Source of the DNA: Polyangiaceae bacterium
GTDB lineage: Bacteria; Myxococcota_A; Polyangia; Polyangiales; Polyangiaceae
DNA length: 64,000 bases
Assembly: GCA_050183255.1 (NCBI GenBank)
Contig: JBFXBK010000005.1
Span: 1,203 to 65,202, forward strand
Direction: 5' to 3'
Shown here: positions 35,397 to 44,451 of the stretch, one piece after another
Layout of the letters: each line of letters begins with the position of its first letter
Position numbering within the stretch: position 1 is the stretch's first letter
Notes under the pieces: generated by a model
What the model was told of the DNA's origin: nothing
What the model saw: the letters and a program-made list of their open reading frames with translations, nothing else
Databases searched by the model: none
Program-made: the position numbers and the translations under genes

Positions 35397-37277
35397 TCAC
35401 TCGGCGGCGATCGGCGCTGCCTCGGCGGTGTTCGCGGCGCCGCCGAAGCGCAGCTTCACCTTTCCTAGCAACGACTCCGCGGCTTCCGGCGCGCGCTCCT
35501 TGGCGATCTCGAGGAGCTCCGCGCTCGCCTGCAAGCTCAGATCCGCTGCGGCCTTGGCGCGGCTCGGCCCGTTCTCAAGCCAACCCTTGGTGGTTGCGCC
35601 GAGCCAGCTCGCCGCGCCCTTCGCCCCCCGCACCACGCGCTGCACGCGCGTGGTCTGCATGCGATCGATGATCTCGTGCGCGGCGTCGGTCGCGGTACTG
35701 CCCGCCTTGTGGGGGGAGCGATGCAGGGCGTTCGCGTACTTCGGGTGCTCCGCGAGGTATGCGCGCAGCTCGTCTTCCGTGATACCGGCGTCCTTCAGTG
35801 CCTTGGCGAACTCGTCCGCCGCAGCCTGCTTGGCCTTGAACAGGTACATTTGCACGCGGGAATAGAAGTTCACCGCGCCGTCGCCGCTGGTCTCCACCGC
35901 GCAGAAGATGGTGCCGGGGAAGCGCTCACCGATCAGCGACTGCACGCCGTCGCTGACGCTCGAGCTCGGCATGCAACCGAAGGGCTTCACGCTGAGGGTC
36001 ATGTTGGCCTTGTTCTTGACCACGTTGAGGATCAGCTTGCCGACCTCCATGTGACCTTCACCGCCGCGCAGATCGTTGTTGTAGAACGGCATCGCGACCT
36101 CGGCGACTTCGTCCATGTCAGGCAGGTGGTAGTCGTAGAAGCCTACGGCGCGGGCGAAGGTGTGGAAGATGACGCGCAGCGCGCGGTCAGCGACCAGCAG
36201 CGCGACGCGACGAGTGAACACGCCATACTCGCCGAGCTCCGAGAGGCCGCTCTTCGCGGTATCGACGCCTCGCAGATCTTTGCGGTTCTCCGTGTCGAAG
36301 CTGACTTCCCAGATGTTGTAAAGCAGCCATGCCGTGAGGAACTGGATGTCACACTCGGCGCCTTCGGTCTCCACGAAGCGCTGCAACGCGTAGTTGCCGT
36401 CGCCTTCAGTGGTCATGGCCCAGAACTCACCAATGATGGCGACCTTCGGCTTGAGGCGCAGGCGGTCCACCGGGATGGCTTCGAACCACTTGCGGCTGCG
36501 GCGTAGCGCGAGGAGCACCGACTTGCCCGCCTTGAGCGCGTCGTAGCACTCCTTCTTGGCGCGCTCGACGACCTCGTCGGTCTCGCCCTTGTTCACCTCG
36601 TAGGGGCGGATGCGGTAGGCCATGCCGTTGATCACGTCACCGGCCAGCAGGCTGCGCACCAAGGTGATGAAGAACTTCGGGTTCATCTCGAGCCCGCTCT
36701 CTTCGCCCGTTGCTTGGCTCAAGCCGCCTTGCTGCTGGAACAGCATCACGCGGAAGCCGTCGAAGCCAGCGTCGCGCAGCGCCTTGCGGTACTCCGTCAC
36801 GTACATGCCGAAGCGACAGGGGCCGCAAGCGCCGGCAGTCAGGAACACGAACTTGTCGATGATCTCCTGGCTATCCATGCCCTTCTTGTCGCGCAGCTCG
36901 ATTAGGAACTTCACGAGGTTCCCCACGGTAAAGTAGGTGGGGTTACACTGAGCGCGGTTGCCGAACTCCTTGCCAACCTGGAGAGCCGCGTTGTCCGGCA
37001 CATCCATCGCGATCACGTTGTAGCCGAGGCTCTGCAGGCCGCCTTCCACCAGGTAGTCGTGGGCCATGGTCAGGCCGCCGACGAGCAGCGTGATCTTGGC
37101 CTTTTCGCTCTTGGTGAAGCCGAGGTCCGCCATGTCCTCGATCCACTGCTTCTCGTCTTTGAGGCCGAGGCGTTCGCGTTCTGTGGCTTCGAACTTTGCG
37201 AGCTCCGCGTCCATGTCGAAATCGCCGCCCACGACGGGCAGGCTGCGCTTGGTTCCGAGGTCGATGTGCTGTGTCAT
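35397..37277 (-). CDS. 2-hydroxyacyl-CoA dehydratase-like subunit (BCR/HAD family, HgdB/DUF2229-related)
   Basis: Family-typical Cys contexts GNRAQCNPTYF and LTAGACGPCRFGMY. The gene sits 33 nt downstream of the activase-fusion gene on the same strand. Confidence 0.7.
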   Translation of the reverse strand: MTQHIDLGTKRSLPVVGGDFDMDAELAKFEATERERLGLKDEKQWIEDMADLGFTKSEKAKITLLVGGLTMAHDYLVEGGLQSLGYNVIAMDVPDNAALQVGKEFGNRAQCNPTYFTVGNLVKFLIELRDKKGMDSQEIIDKFVFLTAGACGPCRFGMYVTEYRKALRDAGFDGFRVMLFQQQGGLSQATGEESGLEMNPKFFITLVRSLLAGDVINGMAYRIRPYEVNKGETDEVVERAKKECYDALKAGKSVLLALRRSRKWFEAIPVDRLRLKPKVAIIGEFWAMTTEGDGNYALQRFVETEGAECDIQFLTAWLLYNIWEVSFDTENRKDLRGVDTAKSGLSELGEYGVFTRRVALLVADRALRVIFHTFARAVGFYDYHLPDMDEVAEVAMPFYNNDLRGGEGHMEVGKLILNVVKNKANMTLSVKPFGCMPSSSVSDGVQSLIGERFPGTIFCAVETSGDGAVNFYSRVQMYLFKAKQAAADEFAKALKDAGITEDELRAYLAEHPKYANALHRSPHKAGSTATDAAHEIIDRMQTTRVQRVVRGAKGAASWLGATTKGWLENGPSRAKAAADLSLQASAELLEIAKERAPEAAESLLGKVKLRFGGAANTAEAAPIAAE

Positions 37278-37310
37278 GTCAGGTTCCCTCTTTGATTCCT
37301 TGCAATCGCT

Positions 37311-40300
37311 TCACTCGGCGGCCGTCGCGCCGCGCTCGTTAGGAAGTTTGGTGGGGACGATGCTGCCGTCCTCTTGCTTGCGTCCAAGCCGGACCATGCC
37401 CTTCGGCAGCTCCGGTGGCTTTTCTAGTCGGGTCTCGTAGGCGAGCACGCGCGAGCGGACCTCGGCGATCTGTTCGGCGATCTCGTTGTCGCTCTCACGC
37501 ACACCCAAGAGCTGCTTCCGCTTCATCTCGAGCAGCTCCAGTCGCTTCTTGTCGATGGCGTGGCTGAGGGCGTCGCGCTTGCGCGAGACGTCCTCTAGGG
37601 CCTCTTGGCGCAGCCGCAAGGAGTGAGCGTAAGTCTTCACGCGGATCTTGATGCTGCCGCCTGGCTTGTTTGCGTCCAGGTCGTGGAGCGCCGCGGAAGG
37701 CGTGCGTGCTGTCTGGACGATCGAATCCACCATGCCGTAGGTGGGTGCGTCGTGGCCGCATTTGAAGCTCGAGAGATCGAGCACGCAGACGTTCGGGTGG
37801 TGCGCGGCGAAGCTAGCTGCCCAGACCTTCTGCGCGCTGTTGGCGGAGTAGTTCTCCGGCCACACGTGGTTCAGCTCCAAGGGGTCTTTGATGAGTCCCG
37901 ACTCCAGCTCCTTCTTGAAGTAGCGTGAGAGGTACTCCTTGTCCTTCGGGATGCTGCGGATGCTCAGGATCGGGTACCCCAGCACCTGGAATTCCTCGGG
38001 GATACCGTGGTTGAGGCCCGGGTCCGAGTGATAGGGGCGGTTCAGCACCAAGATCGCGATGCGGTTCTCCGCTTCGACGGTCTCGAGGATCGCGCGACCC
38101 TTGTCTTGGAGATCGAGCTCGAAGGCTTCGAGTGCCTTGAAGGCCTCGCGGCACGCGTGGTCGTTCTCGTCTTCTGTCACGCCCAGGCGCTCCGCCCAGG
38201 TCTCGAACATGCGCCGCGTCAGGAGCAGGGGCTCGGCGAAAGACAGCGCCGGGCTCAGGTACTCGATGTTCCGTACGGCAAAGAAGTCGAGCTCCTTCGT
38301 GAACGCCGCCTTCATCACATCCGGCGTACCCGCGACGATGGGACAGCTGGTGTTGTCCATCGTGTCCTTCACGAACGAAGGCACATGCGTGAGGATTGGG
38401 AAGAAGATGTAGTTCAGCGGGCGCTTACGCTCGGGTTCATGCTTGTGGAAGAGCAGATTGTGGATGTGCGCCTGCGCGACCTTCGAGGGGAAGCACGGGT
38501 CGATGCTGCCGTACTTGCCGCCCTCGACCCACATGTCCTCGTCGGTGTGCTCGCTGAAGATGACGTTCGTCTTCGGGATGCCGAGCGCCTCGAAGTACGC
38601 GCGGAAGAACGGCGCCGTGGAGTAGATGTTGAGCACCCGAGGCAAGCCGATGCGGATGTTCTTGCGTTTCCGTGCGGCTTCTTCGCTCGAGCGCTGGAAG
38701 GGTCGAGTTACCGTACGACGCTTGATACGGAAGAGGCCCTGGGTGACCTGGACGTCTTCAACCGGGCTGCCCGCCTCGGGCATCGCCTCGCCCTTGTAGA
38801 ACGAAGCAAACGCGCGCTTCGACTCGTAGTCCACCAGGTTCGGGAACTGCTTCGCCGTCTTCTTGCGCTCGGCGACCAGGTCGAGCATCGCCTCCTTGCT
38901 CTCCACAGTGCCCTTCTCGCAGGAGAAGCCGGCGATGTAGCGGCTAGTCGAGCCGTCGGGGCGCTTGGTGTCGATGAACGTGCGCTTGCACTCGTTCGGA
39001 CAGAAGTGACAGACGGTGCTCTCGTCGGTGGTGGTCTTGTAATCGAGATCCAGCGTGGCCTGGATGCCGATGTAGCGCGAGGTGCCGGTACGCTTGTAGC
39101 GCCGCAGCGTTTCCATCGCTGCGCCGATGGCGCCGGCTTCTCCCGTGTGAGGATGGACGTACACCTCGGCGCCGGGCACGCGCTCCTTGATGTAGTCGAC
39201 CTGCGCCTTGACCGCCGCGAGGTTGTACTGCGTGCCGCCCTGGAGCACGAACTTTCTCCCCAGGGAAGCGAGTCGGGGGATCTGCACCACGTACTGCCAT
39301 ACGTTCTTCGGCAGCACCTGGGCGAGCCCGGCGAGCAGCTCCTGCTTCTGATAGCCTTCCTTCTGGAAGTTCACGCGGTCGCTATCGAGGAACACCGCGC
39401 AGCCGTAGCTGAACTTCGGCGCTAGCTCCGCTTGGAAGGCGACCTCCGCGTAGTCCGTGACTGGCAGACCGAACTGGTCCGCCATTGCCTGCAGCAGCAT
39501 GCCGTTGCCGGCGCTGCAGGAGTTCGAGAGCTTGAAGTTCTCGATGTCGCCGTTCTTCATGAACAGCACCTTGATGTCCTGTCCGCCGATGTCGCAGATC
39601 ACGTCGACGTCGCCGAAGAAATGCACGGCGCTCATCATGTGAGCCACGGTCTCGACGATGTTTACATCGGCGAGCACCGTTTCCTCGAGGACATCGGCTG
39701 CGTACCCGGTGGCACCAAAACCGATCACCTCGAGCTTTGCACCTTGGCCCTCCACTTGCTCGCGCAAGCTGGTGAGCAGCTCCTTCGTGTCGAGGATCGG
39801 GTTCCCCTTGGAGAGCTGGTACGCCTTCGCGAGGATCTCCCCATCTTCACCCACCAGCACGGCCTTGCTGGAGGTCGAGCCGCCGTCGAGGCCGATCACC
39901 GCGCGCACCGACTGACCGGGCTCGAACTTCGCTGCGACGAACTTCGGGATCTTGTAGGTGTCGACGAAGCTCTCGGTCTCGCTCTGATCGGCGCTGAGCG
40001 GTGGGCCCGCTTGTTCACCCAGCCGTTCACGGCGCCCATGGGTGATGAAGTTCTTGAGGTCGTCGAGCCCCTTGAACCGCCCGACTTCGCTCTGATCCGT
40101 GCCGACCTCCGCCTTGCCAAAGGCAGCAGCGCCGAAGGCCGCGTACAGCTCGGCGTTCTTCGGCACGAAGATCAGCTCCTCGATCGGCACGTCCTTCGGG
40201 AACTCGTAGCCGCGGTCGCGCCACGTCTCTGGGATGCGCTTACGCCAGCAGTCCTGCAAGAACGGCAGATAGGTGTTCGGGCCACCGAGCAACAGCACGC

Positions 40301-40964
40301 GGTCCTTCAACGTGTTTCCGCGGGTCAACACGCTCAGGTTCTGCATCACGATGGCGTCTGCCAGCGAGTTCAGCACCTCGTCCTTCGGGATGCCCGCCTT
40401 GACCAGGTTCACGATGTCCGTCTCGGCGAACACGCCACACTTCGCCGCCACGTGGTGCAGCTTCTCGTCGTCGAAGCGCAGCTGATTGGCGAAGCCCGGC
40501 TCGGCGTGCACCTTGATCATGCACTTGTCGATCGTCGCGCCGGTGCCTGAAGCGCACTTGTCGTTCATCGACGCGATCGCCGTCTTCTGGCCGGTGTTCT
40601 TGTCGACCTTGAAGATGATGATCTTCGCGTCCTGGCCACCCAGCTCGACGACGGAGTTCACGTCAGGGTGGAGCTTCTCCACTGCCAGCGTGACCGCGTT
40701 CACCTCCTGCACGAACTTGGCGCCGGTGGGCGCCGCGATCGGAGAGGAGCCCGAGCCGGTGCAGAACATCCGCCAGCCGTCGCTCGGGTGATCGGGGAAC
40801 GCTGCGAGGATCGCCTCGAGTAGCTCCAGCACCTTCTCCGGTTGCTTGGTGTGGTGACGCTGATAGTCACTCCACAAGATCTCTTCGCTGGTTGGGTCGA
40901 TGACCACCGCCTTCACGGTGGTCGAGCCCACGTCCATGCCGATGACGAGCTCTCTGGCCTGCAT
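37311..40964 (-). CDS. Fusion of two BadF/BadG/BcrA/BcrD-type activase ATPase domains with a dehydratase-like (DUF2229) C-terminal region
   Basis: ATPase domain 1 carries VIGMDVGSTTVKAVV, NDKCASGTGATID and AAKCGVFAETDIV. ATPase domain 2 carries VIGLDGGSTSSKAVL, SNSCSAGNGMLLQ and YGCAVFLDSDRV. A CHFCPNEC cluster-type motif follows, then a long C-terminal domain. Confidence 0.8.
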   Translation of the reverse strand: MQARELVIGMDVGSTTVKAVVIDPTSEEILWSDYQRHHTKQPEKVLELLEAILAAFPDHPSDGWRMFCTGSGSSPIAAPTGAKFVQEVNAVTLAVEKLHPDVNSVVELGGQDAKIIIFKVDKNTGQKTAIASMNDKCASGTGATIDKCMIKVHAEPGFANQLRFDDEKLHHVAAKCGVFAETDIVNLVKAGIPKDEVLNSLADAIVMQNLSVLTRGNTLKDRVLLLGGPNTYLPFLQDCWRKRIPETWRDRGYEFPKDVPIEELIFVPKNAELYAAFGAAAFGKAEVGTDQSEVGRFKGLDDLKNFITHGRRERLGEQAGPPLSADQSETESFVDTYKIPKFVAAKFEPGQSVRAVIGLDGGSTSSKAVLVGEDGEILAKAYQLSKGNPILDTKELLTSLREQVEGQGAKLEVIGFGATGYAADVLEETVLADVNIVETVAHMMSAVHFFGDVDVICDIGGQDIKVLFMKNGDIENFKLSNSCSAGNGMLLQAMADQFGLPVTDYAEVAFQAELAPKFSYGCAVFLDSDRVNFQKEGYQKQELLAGLAQVLPKNVWQYVVQIPRLASLGRKFVLQGGTQYNLAAVKAQVDYIKERVPGAEVYVHPHTGEAGAIGAAMETLRRYKRTGTSRYIGIQATLDLDYKTTTDESTVCHFCPNECKRTFIDTKRPDGSTSRYIAGFSCEKGTVESKEAMLDLVAERKKTAKQFPNLVDYESKRAFASFYKGEAMPEAGSPVEDVQVTQGLFRIKRRTVTRPFQRSSEEAARKRKNIRIGLPRVLNIYSTAPFFRAYFEALGIPKTNVIFSEHTDEDMWVEGGKYGSIDPCFPSKVAQAHIHNLLFHKHEPERKRPLNYIFFPILTHVPSFVKDTMDNTSCPIVAGTPDVMKAAFTKELDFFAVRNIEYLSPALSFAEPLLLTRRMFETWAERLGVTEDENDHACREAFKALEAFELDLQDKGRAILETVEAENRIAILVLNRPYHSDPGLNHGIPEEFQVLGYPILSIRSIPKDKEYLSRYFKKELESGLIKDPLELNHVWPENYSANSAQKVWAASFAAHHPNVCVLDLSSFKCGHDAPTYGMVDSIVQTARTPSAALHDLDANKPGGSIKIRVKTYAHSLRLRQEALEDVSRKRDALSHAIDKKRLELLEMKRKQLLGVRESDNEIAEQIAEVRSRVLAYETRLEKPPELPKGMVRLGRKQEDGSIVPTKLPNERGATAAE

Positions 40965-41060
40965 CCTGAATTCCCCTTCGATCGATCCGCGTAGCGCGGG
41001 GCCCGGGTCGGGCGGCGCCGAGCTCTCCGCTAGCCCGGTGCTGGAACGCTAACCTGAACT

Positions 41061-41078
41061 GACGCTGACGTCAGTGTC
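41061..41078. promoter_or_regulatory. 18-bp near-perfect palindrome GACGCTGACGTCAGTGTC (candidate operator)
   Basis: One mismatch, centred on ACGT. It lies ~100 nt upstream of the activase-fusion start (40964, minus strand) in a 365-bp lower-GC intergenic region. Confidence 0.35.
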
Positions 41079-41273
41079 TTCCCGTGTACCAGGTCGAAAG
41101 GCGAATTCAACGCCTGGTTCGTCCGGCCTCGCGCTCGAAAAACTCTCAACGACATCCAACATTTAAAGATGTTTCAGCTGCTTTTCGCGTGTCGGCGCCG
41201 GAATCATGACTGTGCGGTTCGCGACTTCGTGGCGGCGCTCCGAGGTCGGGTTAGTGACTCACGCCGTCACCTT

Positions 41274-41293
41274 GACTGACACGAGCGTCAGTC
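41274..41293. promoter_or_regulatory. Inverted repeat GACTGAC-N6-GTCAGTC (candidate operator; shares the CTGAC/GTCAG half-sites with 41061..41078)
   Basis: Perfect 7-bp arms, located 37 nt upstream of the GTG start at 41330. Confidence 0.3.
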
Positions 41294-41329
41294 GATGCGC
41301 TGCGCCTCGTAAGGTGCCATCGTGAGACG

Positions 41330-42511
41330 GTGAGCGCGCGGGCAGGTTCGCTGGCGATTTGGGGATGTGTCACGGCGCTGTGCGTCCTGGGCTGCGACAA
41401 GGACAAGCCAGAGCCACCCGCCGCGCCGTCGGGCGCGCTGCCCAAGGCGCTGATGGGAGTCACCCTGGCCAGTCGCAATGGCTTCGACCTGGCGCTGGGC
41501 AGCGACGGCTTCGAGTTGGTCTGGGGCGCTCCTCCCCCCCAAGAGAAGGCGCAGCGACCCGGGCAGAAATCCATTGCCGGGGGGATTTGGTCGCGAAGGT
41601 TCGACTCCGGCGCCCATGCCGTCGAGGCGCCACGCAAGCTCTTCGAGCTAGCCTCTGGTCACGAGCTTGGCGAAGTCGAAGCGCTCTCTCTCAGCGAACG
41701 ACTCGCAGTGGGGTGGACCGAGCGTGACGCCTCAGGCTACGAAGTTCGGGGTTGGTTGGGGGAGGGTGAGACGGAAGTGATGGCGCCCACCACCCTGGGG
41801 AGCAATGAGGCGAGCGCGAACGTGCGTGGCAACCTACGGCTCTTGACCTCCCGCGGGAGACCGACGGTATTTTTCCGTGGGGCAAGTGGTGATTGCCCGA
41901 CCGGCGTGGCCAGCAAGGACGAGCGCTGTGCTGCGGTGCAGTTCGTCAGCCTGGAGCCAGAAGGACCGAAACCCCGGCGCGGGCCGCTCTCAGTACCGAG
42001 TCCGTGCCCCGCTGCCATCGTGGGCGTCAGCATGAGCGACAAAACGTGGCAGTATGCGTTGTGCTCGTGGAAGGACGGCAAGGTCGATACGACGCTTTTC
42101 TCTGTGGATTTTAACCCGCAGTATGCACGAGCAGTGGAACTCGAGCAGGGCTGCGCGCCCCTGGGCGGTGTGGACGCTGGCAGGGACATCCTGCTCGGCT
42201 TCGACTGCGGCGGCACCCGCAAGTTGGCGGTGGTGAGGGATACTCAAGTGCCGGAGCCGACCCGGGACATGAGCGATGCGCGCCTCGGCTGCGAGCTGGG
42301 GCACCTGACGTTTCACGCCGCAGACTTCAACCAGGTGTTCTCGGAGCCTCAGCGAAACCTCGAGGTGCTGCTGCCCGCGGCCATGCAGCGCCCGGGGATC
42401 CGTGCCGTGTGGACCGGGGTGAGCCTCGTGATGGCGTACCCGATTGGGAACGACTTGGTGTTGGAAGTGCATTCCTGTCAGCAGGGCAAACTATTGCCGT
42501 CGAGCCCGTAG
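41330..42511 (+). CDS. Hypothetical lipoprotein
   Basis: GTG start. SARAGSLAIWGCVTALCVLGC is a signal peptide with a lipobox. The beta-rich sequence has repeated ...G...V.W... segments. I recognise no family. Confidence 0.6.
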   Translation: MSARAGSLAIWGCVTALCVLGCDKDKPEPPAAPSGALPKALMGVTLASRNGFDLALGSDGFELVWGAPPPQEKAQRPGQKSIAGGIWSRRFDSGAHAVEAPRKLFELASGHELGEVEALSLSERLAVGWTERDASGYEVRGWLGEGETEVMAPTTLGSNEASANVRGNLRLLTSRGRPTVFFRGASGDCPTGVASKDERCAAVQFVSLEPEGPKPRRGPLSVPSPCPAAIVGVSMSDKTWQYALCSWKDGKVDTTLFSVDFNPQYARAVELEQGCAPLGGVDAGRDILLGFDCGGTRKLAVVRDTQVPEPTRDMSDARLGCELGHLTFHAADFNQVFSEPQRNLEVLLPAAMQRPGIRAVWTGVSLVMAYPIGNDLVLEVHSCQQGKLLPSSP

Positions 42512-42549
42512 TCGACAGCCAAGGTGGATCCGCGCTATTTCCGCAAGTG

Positions 42550-43227
42550 ATGGCGTCCAAGCGCAGTACCAAGACGAAGCCTGCTGGCGCAGCCCGGCCG
42601 AAGCCAGCCGATCGTCAGGCGCGGCGTCAGCAAATCCTAGAAGCCGCCCGCGTGGTCTTCGCCAAGCGTGGCTATCACCAGACCACCATCGAGCACATCG
42701 TGGCTGAAGCCGGGGTGGCTCGCGGTACCTTCTACTTGTACTTCGAAGACAAGCGGTCGGTGTTTGGTGAGTTGATTGATCGCTTCAGCGCTCGTATCTC
42801 GATGGCGATCAGCAGCATCGTGTTGGACGACCCAGCACGCAACGTCGCGGAACAGGCGCGCGGAAACATCCACGCGATCATCGGGCTCGCACTGCAGGAA
42901 CGCGAGATGACGAAGATCCTGTTCACTGACGCCGTGGGGCTGGATCCCGGTTTTGACCGTAAGCTGTACAGTTTCTACGACGAAGTAGTGCAGCTATTGA
43001 CCGAGAGTCTGAGACAGGGCCAACGCCTCGGCATCGTGGCGGACGGCGAGCCGCGCGTGCTCGCGTACCTGACGATCGGGGCGCTGAAGGAGCTCTTGAC
43101 GCAAGTGGTCACGCTTGGGCTCACCGCCGACAGCGCCGAGGTGCTGACGGCTCAGCTGTATGATTTCCTGAGCCAAGGCTATCTGCGCGTGGAACCCGCG
43201 GCAGCGGGACGCAAGCGTGGGCGATAG
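42550..43227 (+). CDS. TetR-family transcriptional regulator
   Basis: RQQILEAARVVFAKRGYHQTTIEHIVAEAGVARGTFYLYFEDKRSVF is a canonical TetR HTH. I use the ATG at 42550, because the track start at 42409 overlaps the upstream gene. Confidence 0.85.
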   Translation: MASKRSTKTKPAGAARPKPADRQARRQQILEAARVVFAKRGYHQTTIEHIVAEAGVARGTFYLYFEDKRSVFGELIDRFSARISMAISSIVLDDPARNVAEQARGNIHAIIGLALQEREMTKILFTDAVGLDPGFDRKLYSFYDEVVQLLTESLRQGQRLGIVADGEPRVLAYLTIGALKELLTQVVTLGLTADSAEVLTAQLYDFLSQGYLRVEPAAAGRKRGR

Positions 43228-43335
43228 CAGAGCCGGGGCTCGCGTTCTGCGCAGCCGCAGCGCAGCGCAAGCGGTCGCGACTCCGCCTCGAACTGGGTGC
43301 TATACTGACGAGCTATCGGCTGTGTAGCGAGTTGA

Positions 43336-44115
43336 GTGATGAGCAAGCCAGCGGACGACACCAAGAGCGACGAGGGTCGCGGTTCGGAGCCCCTCACCGC
43401 GACCAGTCCGCCGCTCCCGATGCCATCGCCTCCAGCAGTGCCTTCACACCGCCCGGCGGCGGCGCGGCCGAGCTCTTCTCCGCCATCAGCCAACCTGCGC
43501 CGCGATCCAGTGAGTGACTTCCCTCCGAGCGTTTCCGCGGATAGCCACGGGCGTTGGAAAGGGCTGTTGGCACTCGCGGCGAGGGACGCCGTGCTGCACG
43601 CGCTTGGGCCGCGCAGGTTGTCGGAGCTGACCGCCCGCCTCTCCGAGGAAGCGCGCGCCGTGTTCGATCAGCAGTACATCGCGACCGCGTGGTACGAAGA
43701 AGACGCCAGCGGTGAGATCCTCGAAGAGCTCGCGGCGCTGCTCGGTCGCGACCCGCAAGCGGTGGCGCTCGAGATCGGCGCTCGCACCGTCGACCTGTCT
43801 TCTGGCCAGCTTGGGCAGTGGCTGATGCGCTTCATCTCGACACCTGAACGCGTGGTTGGATATTCCCGCGAAGTCTGGTCCCGCTTGCGAGATGGAGACC
43901 TCACGGCCGAGCTCCGGGAGGGCGCGATCGTCTGCCGGCTGCGTGGCTGGGCAGGACATCACCCGCTCGTCTGCGTGTGCACGCAGGGGGCGCTCGACCG
44001 GCTCGGAAGCCGCATGCCCGGGCTAGTCTGGCTTGGCAGTGCGCGCACGAGTTGTGTCTCCGACGGTGCCCCGGCGTGCGTGTACGAGTTGCGCTTTCGT
44101 CGCGGCCCCAAGTAA
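43336..44115 (+). CDS. Hypothetical protein (possibly TIGR02265/DUF2378-like in the C-terminal ~180 aa)
   Basis: Pro/Ser-rich N-terminus followed by a globular region ending ...APACVYELRFRRGPK. The family suggestion is weak and from memory. Confidence 0.5.
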   Translation: MMSKPADDTKSDEGRGSEPLTATSPPLPMPSPPAVPSHRPAAARPSSSPPSANLRRDPVSDFPPSVSADSHGRWKGLLALAARDAVLHALGPRRLSELTARLSEEARAVFDQQYIATAWYEEDASGEILEELAALLGRDPQAVALEIGARTVDLSSGQLGQWLMRFISTPERVVGYSREVWSRLRDGDLTAELREGAIVCRLRGWAGHHPLVCVCTQGALDRLGSRMPGLVWLGSARTSCVSDGAPACVYELRFRRGPK

Positions 44116-44451
44116 GCGCACATCCGCCCACCCGGAAACCTGTGCAGCAGCAACAAACCAGCGCCGCACCAGCAAGCCGCGCCGTGGCCGCCGCTAGCAT
44201 CCCCCGTACCATCCTGCAACGACGCTCGAGACGGCGAAACAAAGCTCGCTGTCAGGCGCGCACACGAGCCACACCTGGCCGCGCATCGTCCACGATTCGC
44301 GGCAGCAAGCGATGTTTCTGACTTGCACTGGGCAAGGGAATCGATATCGAGCCTTCTCAGGCTGTCGACTCCAGTCGTAGCCTGTGTATTGGTTGCCCTA
44401 GCCCCAAACCTTGGGGCCCCCGCGTTAAGCGCGATTTGGAGTGCTTTAGAC

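Noticed and set aside
38007-40550. 472-aa and 372-aa ORFs antisense to the activase-fusion gene
   Set aside because: These are shadow frames opposite a 1217-aa ORF with duplicated, well-defined ATPase motifs.
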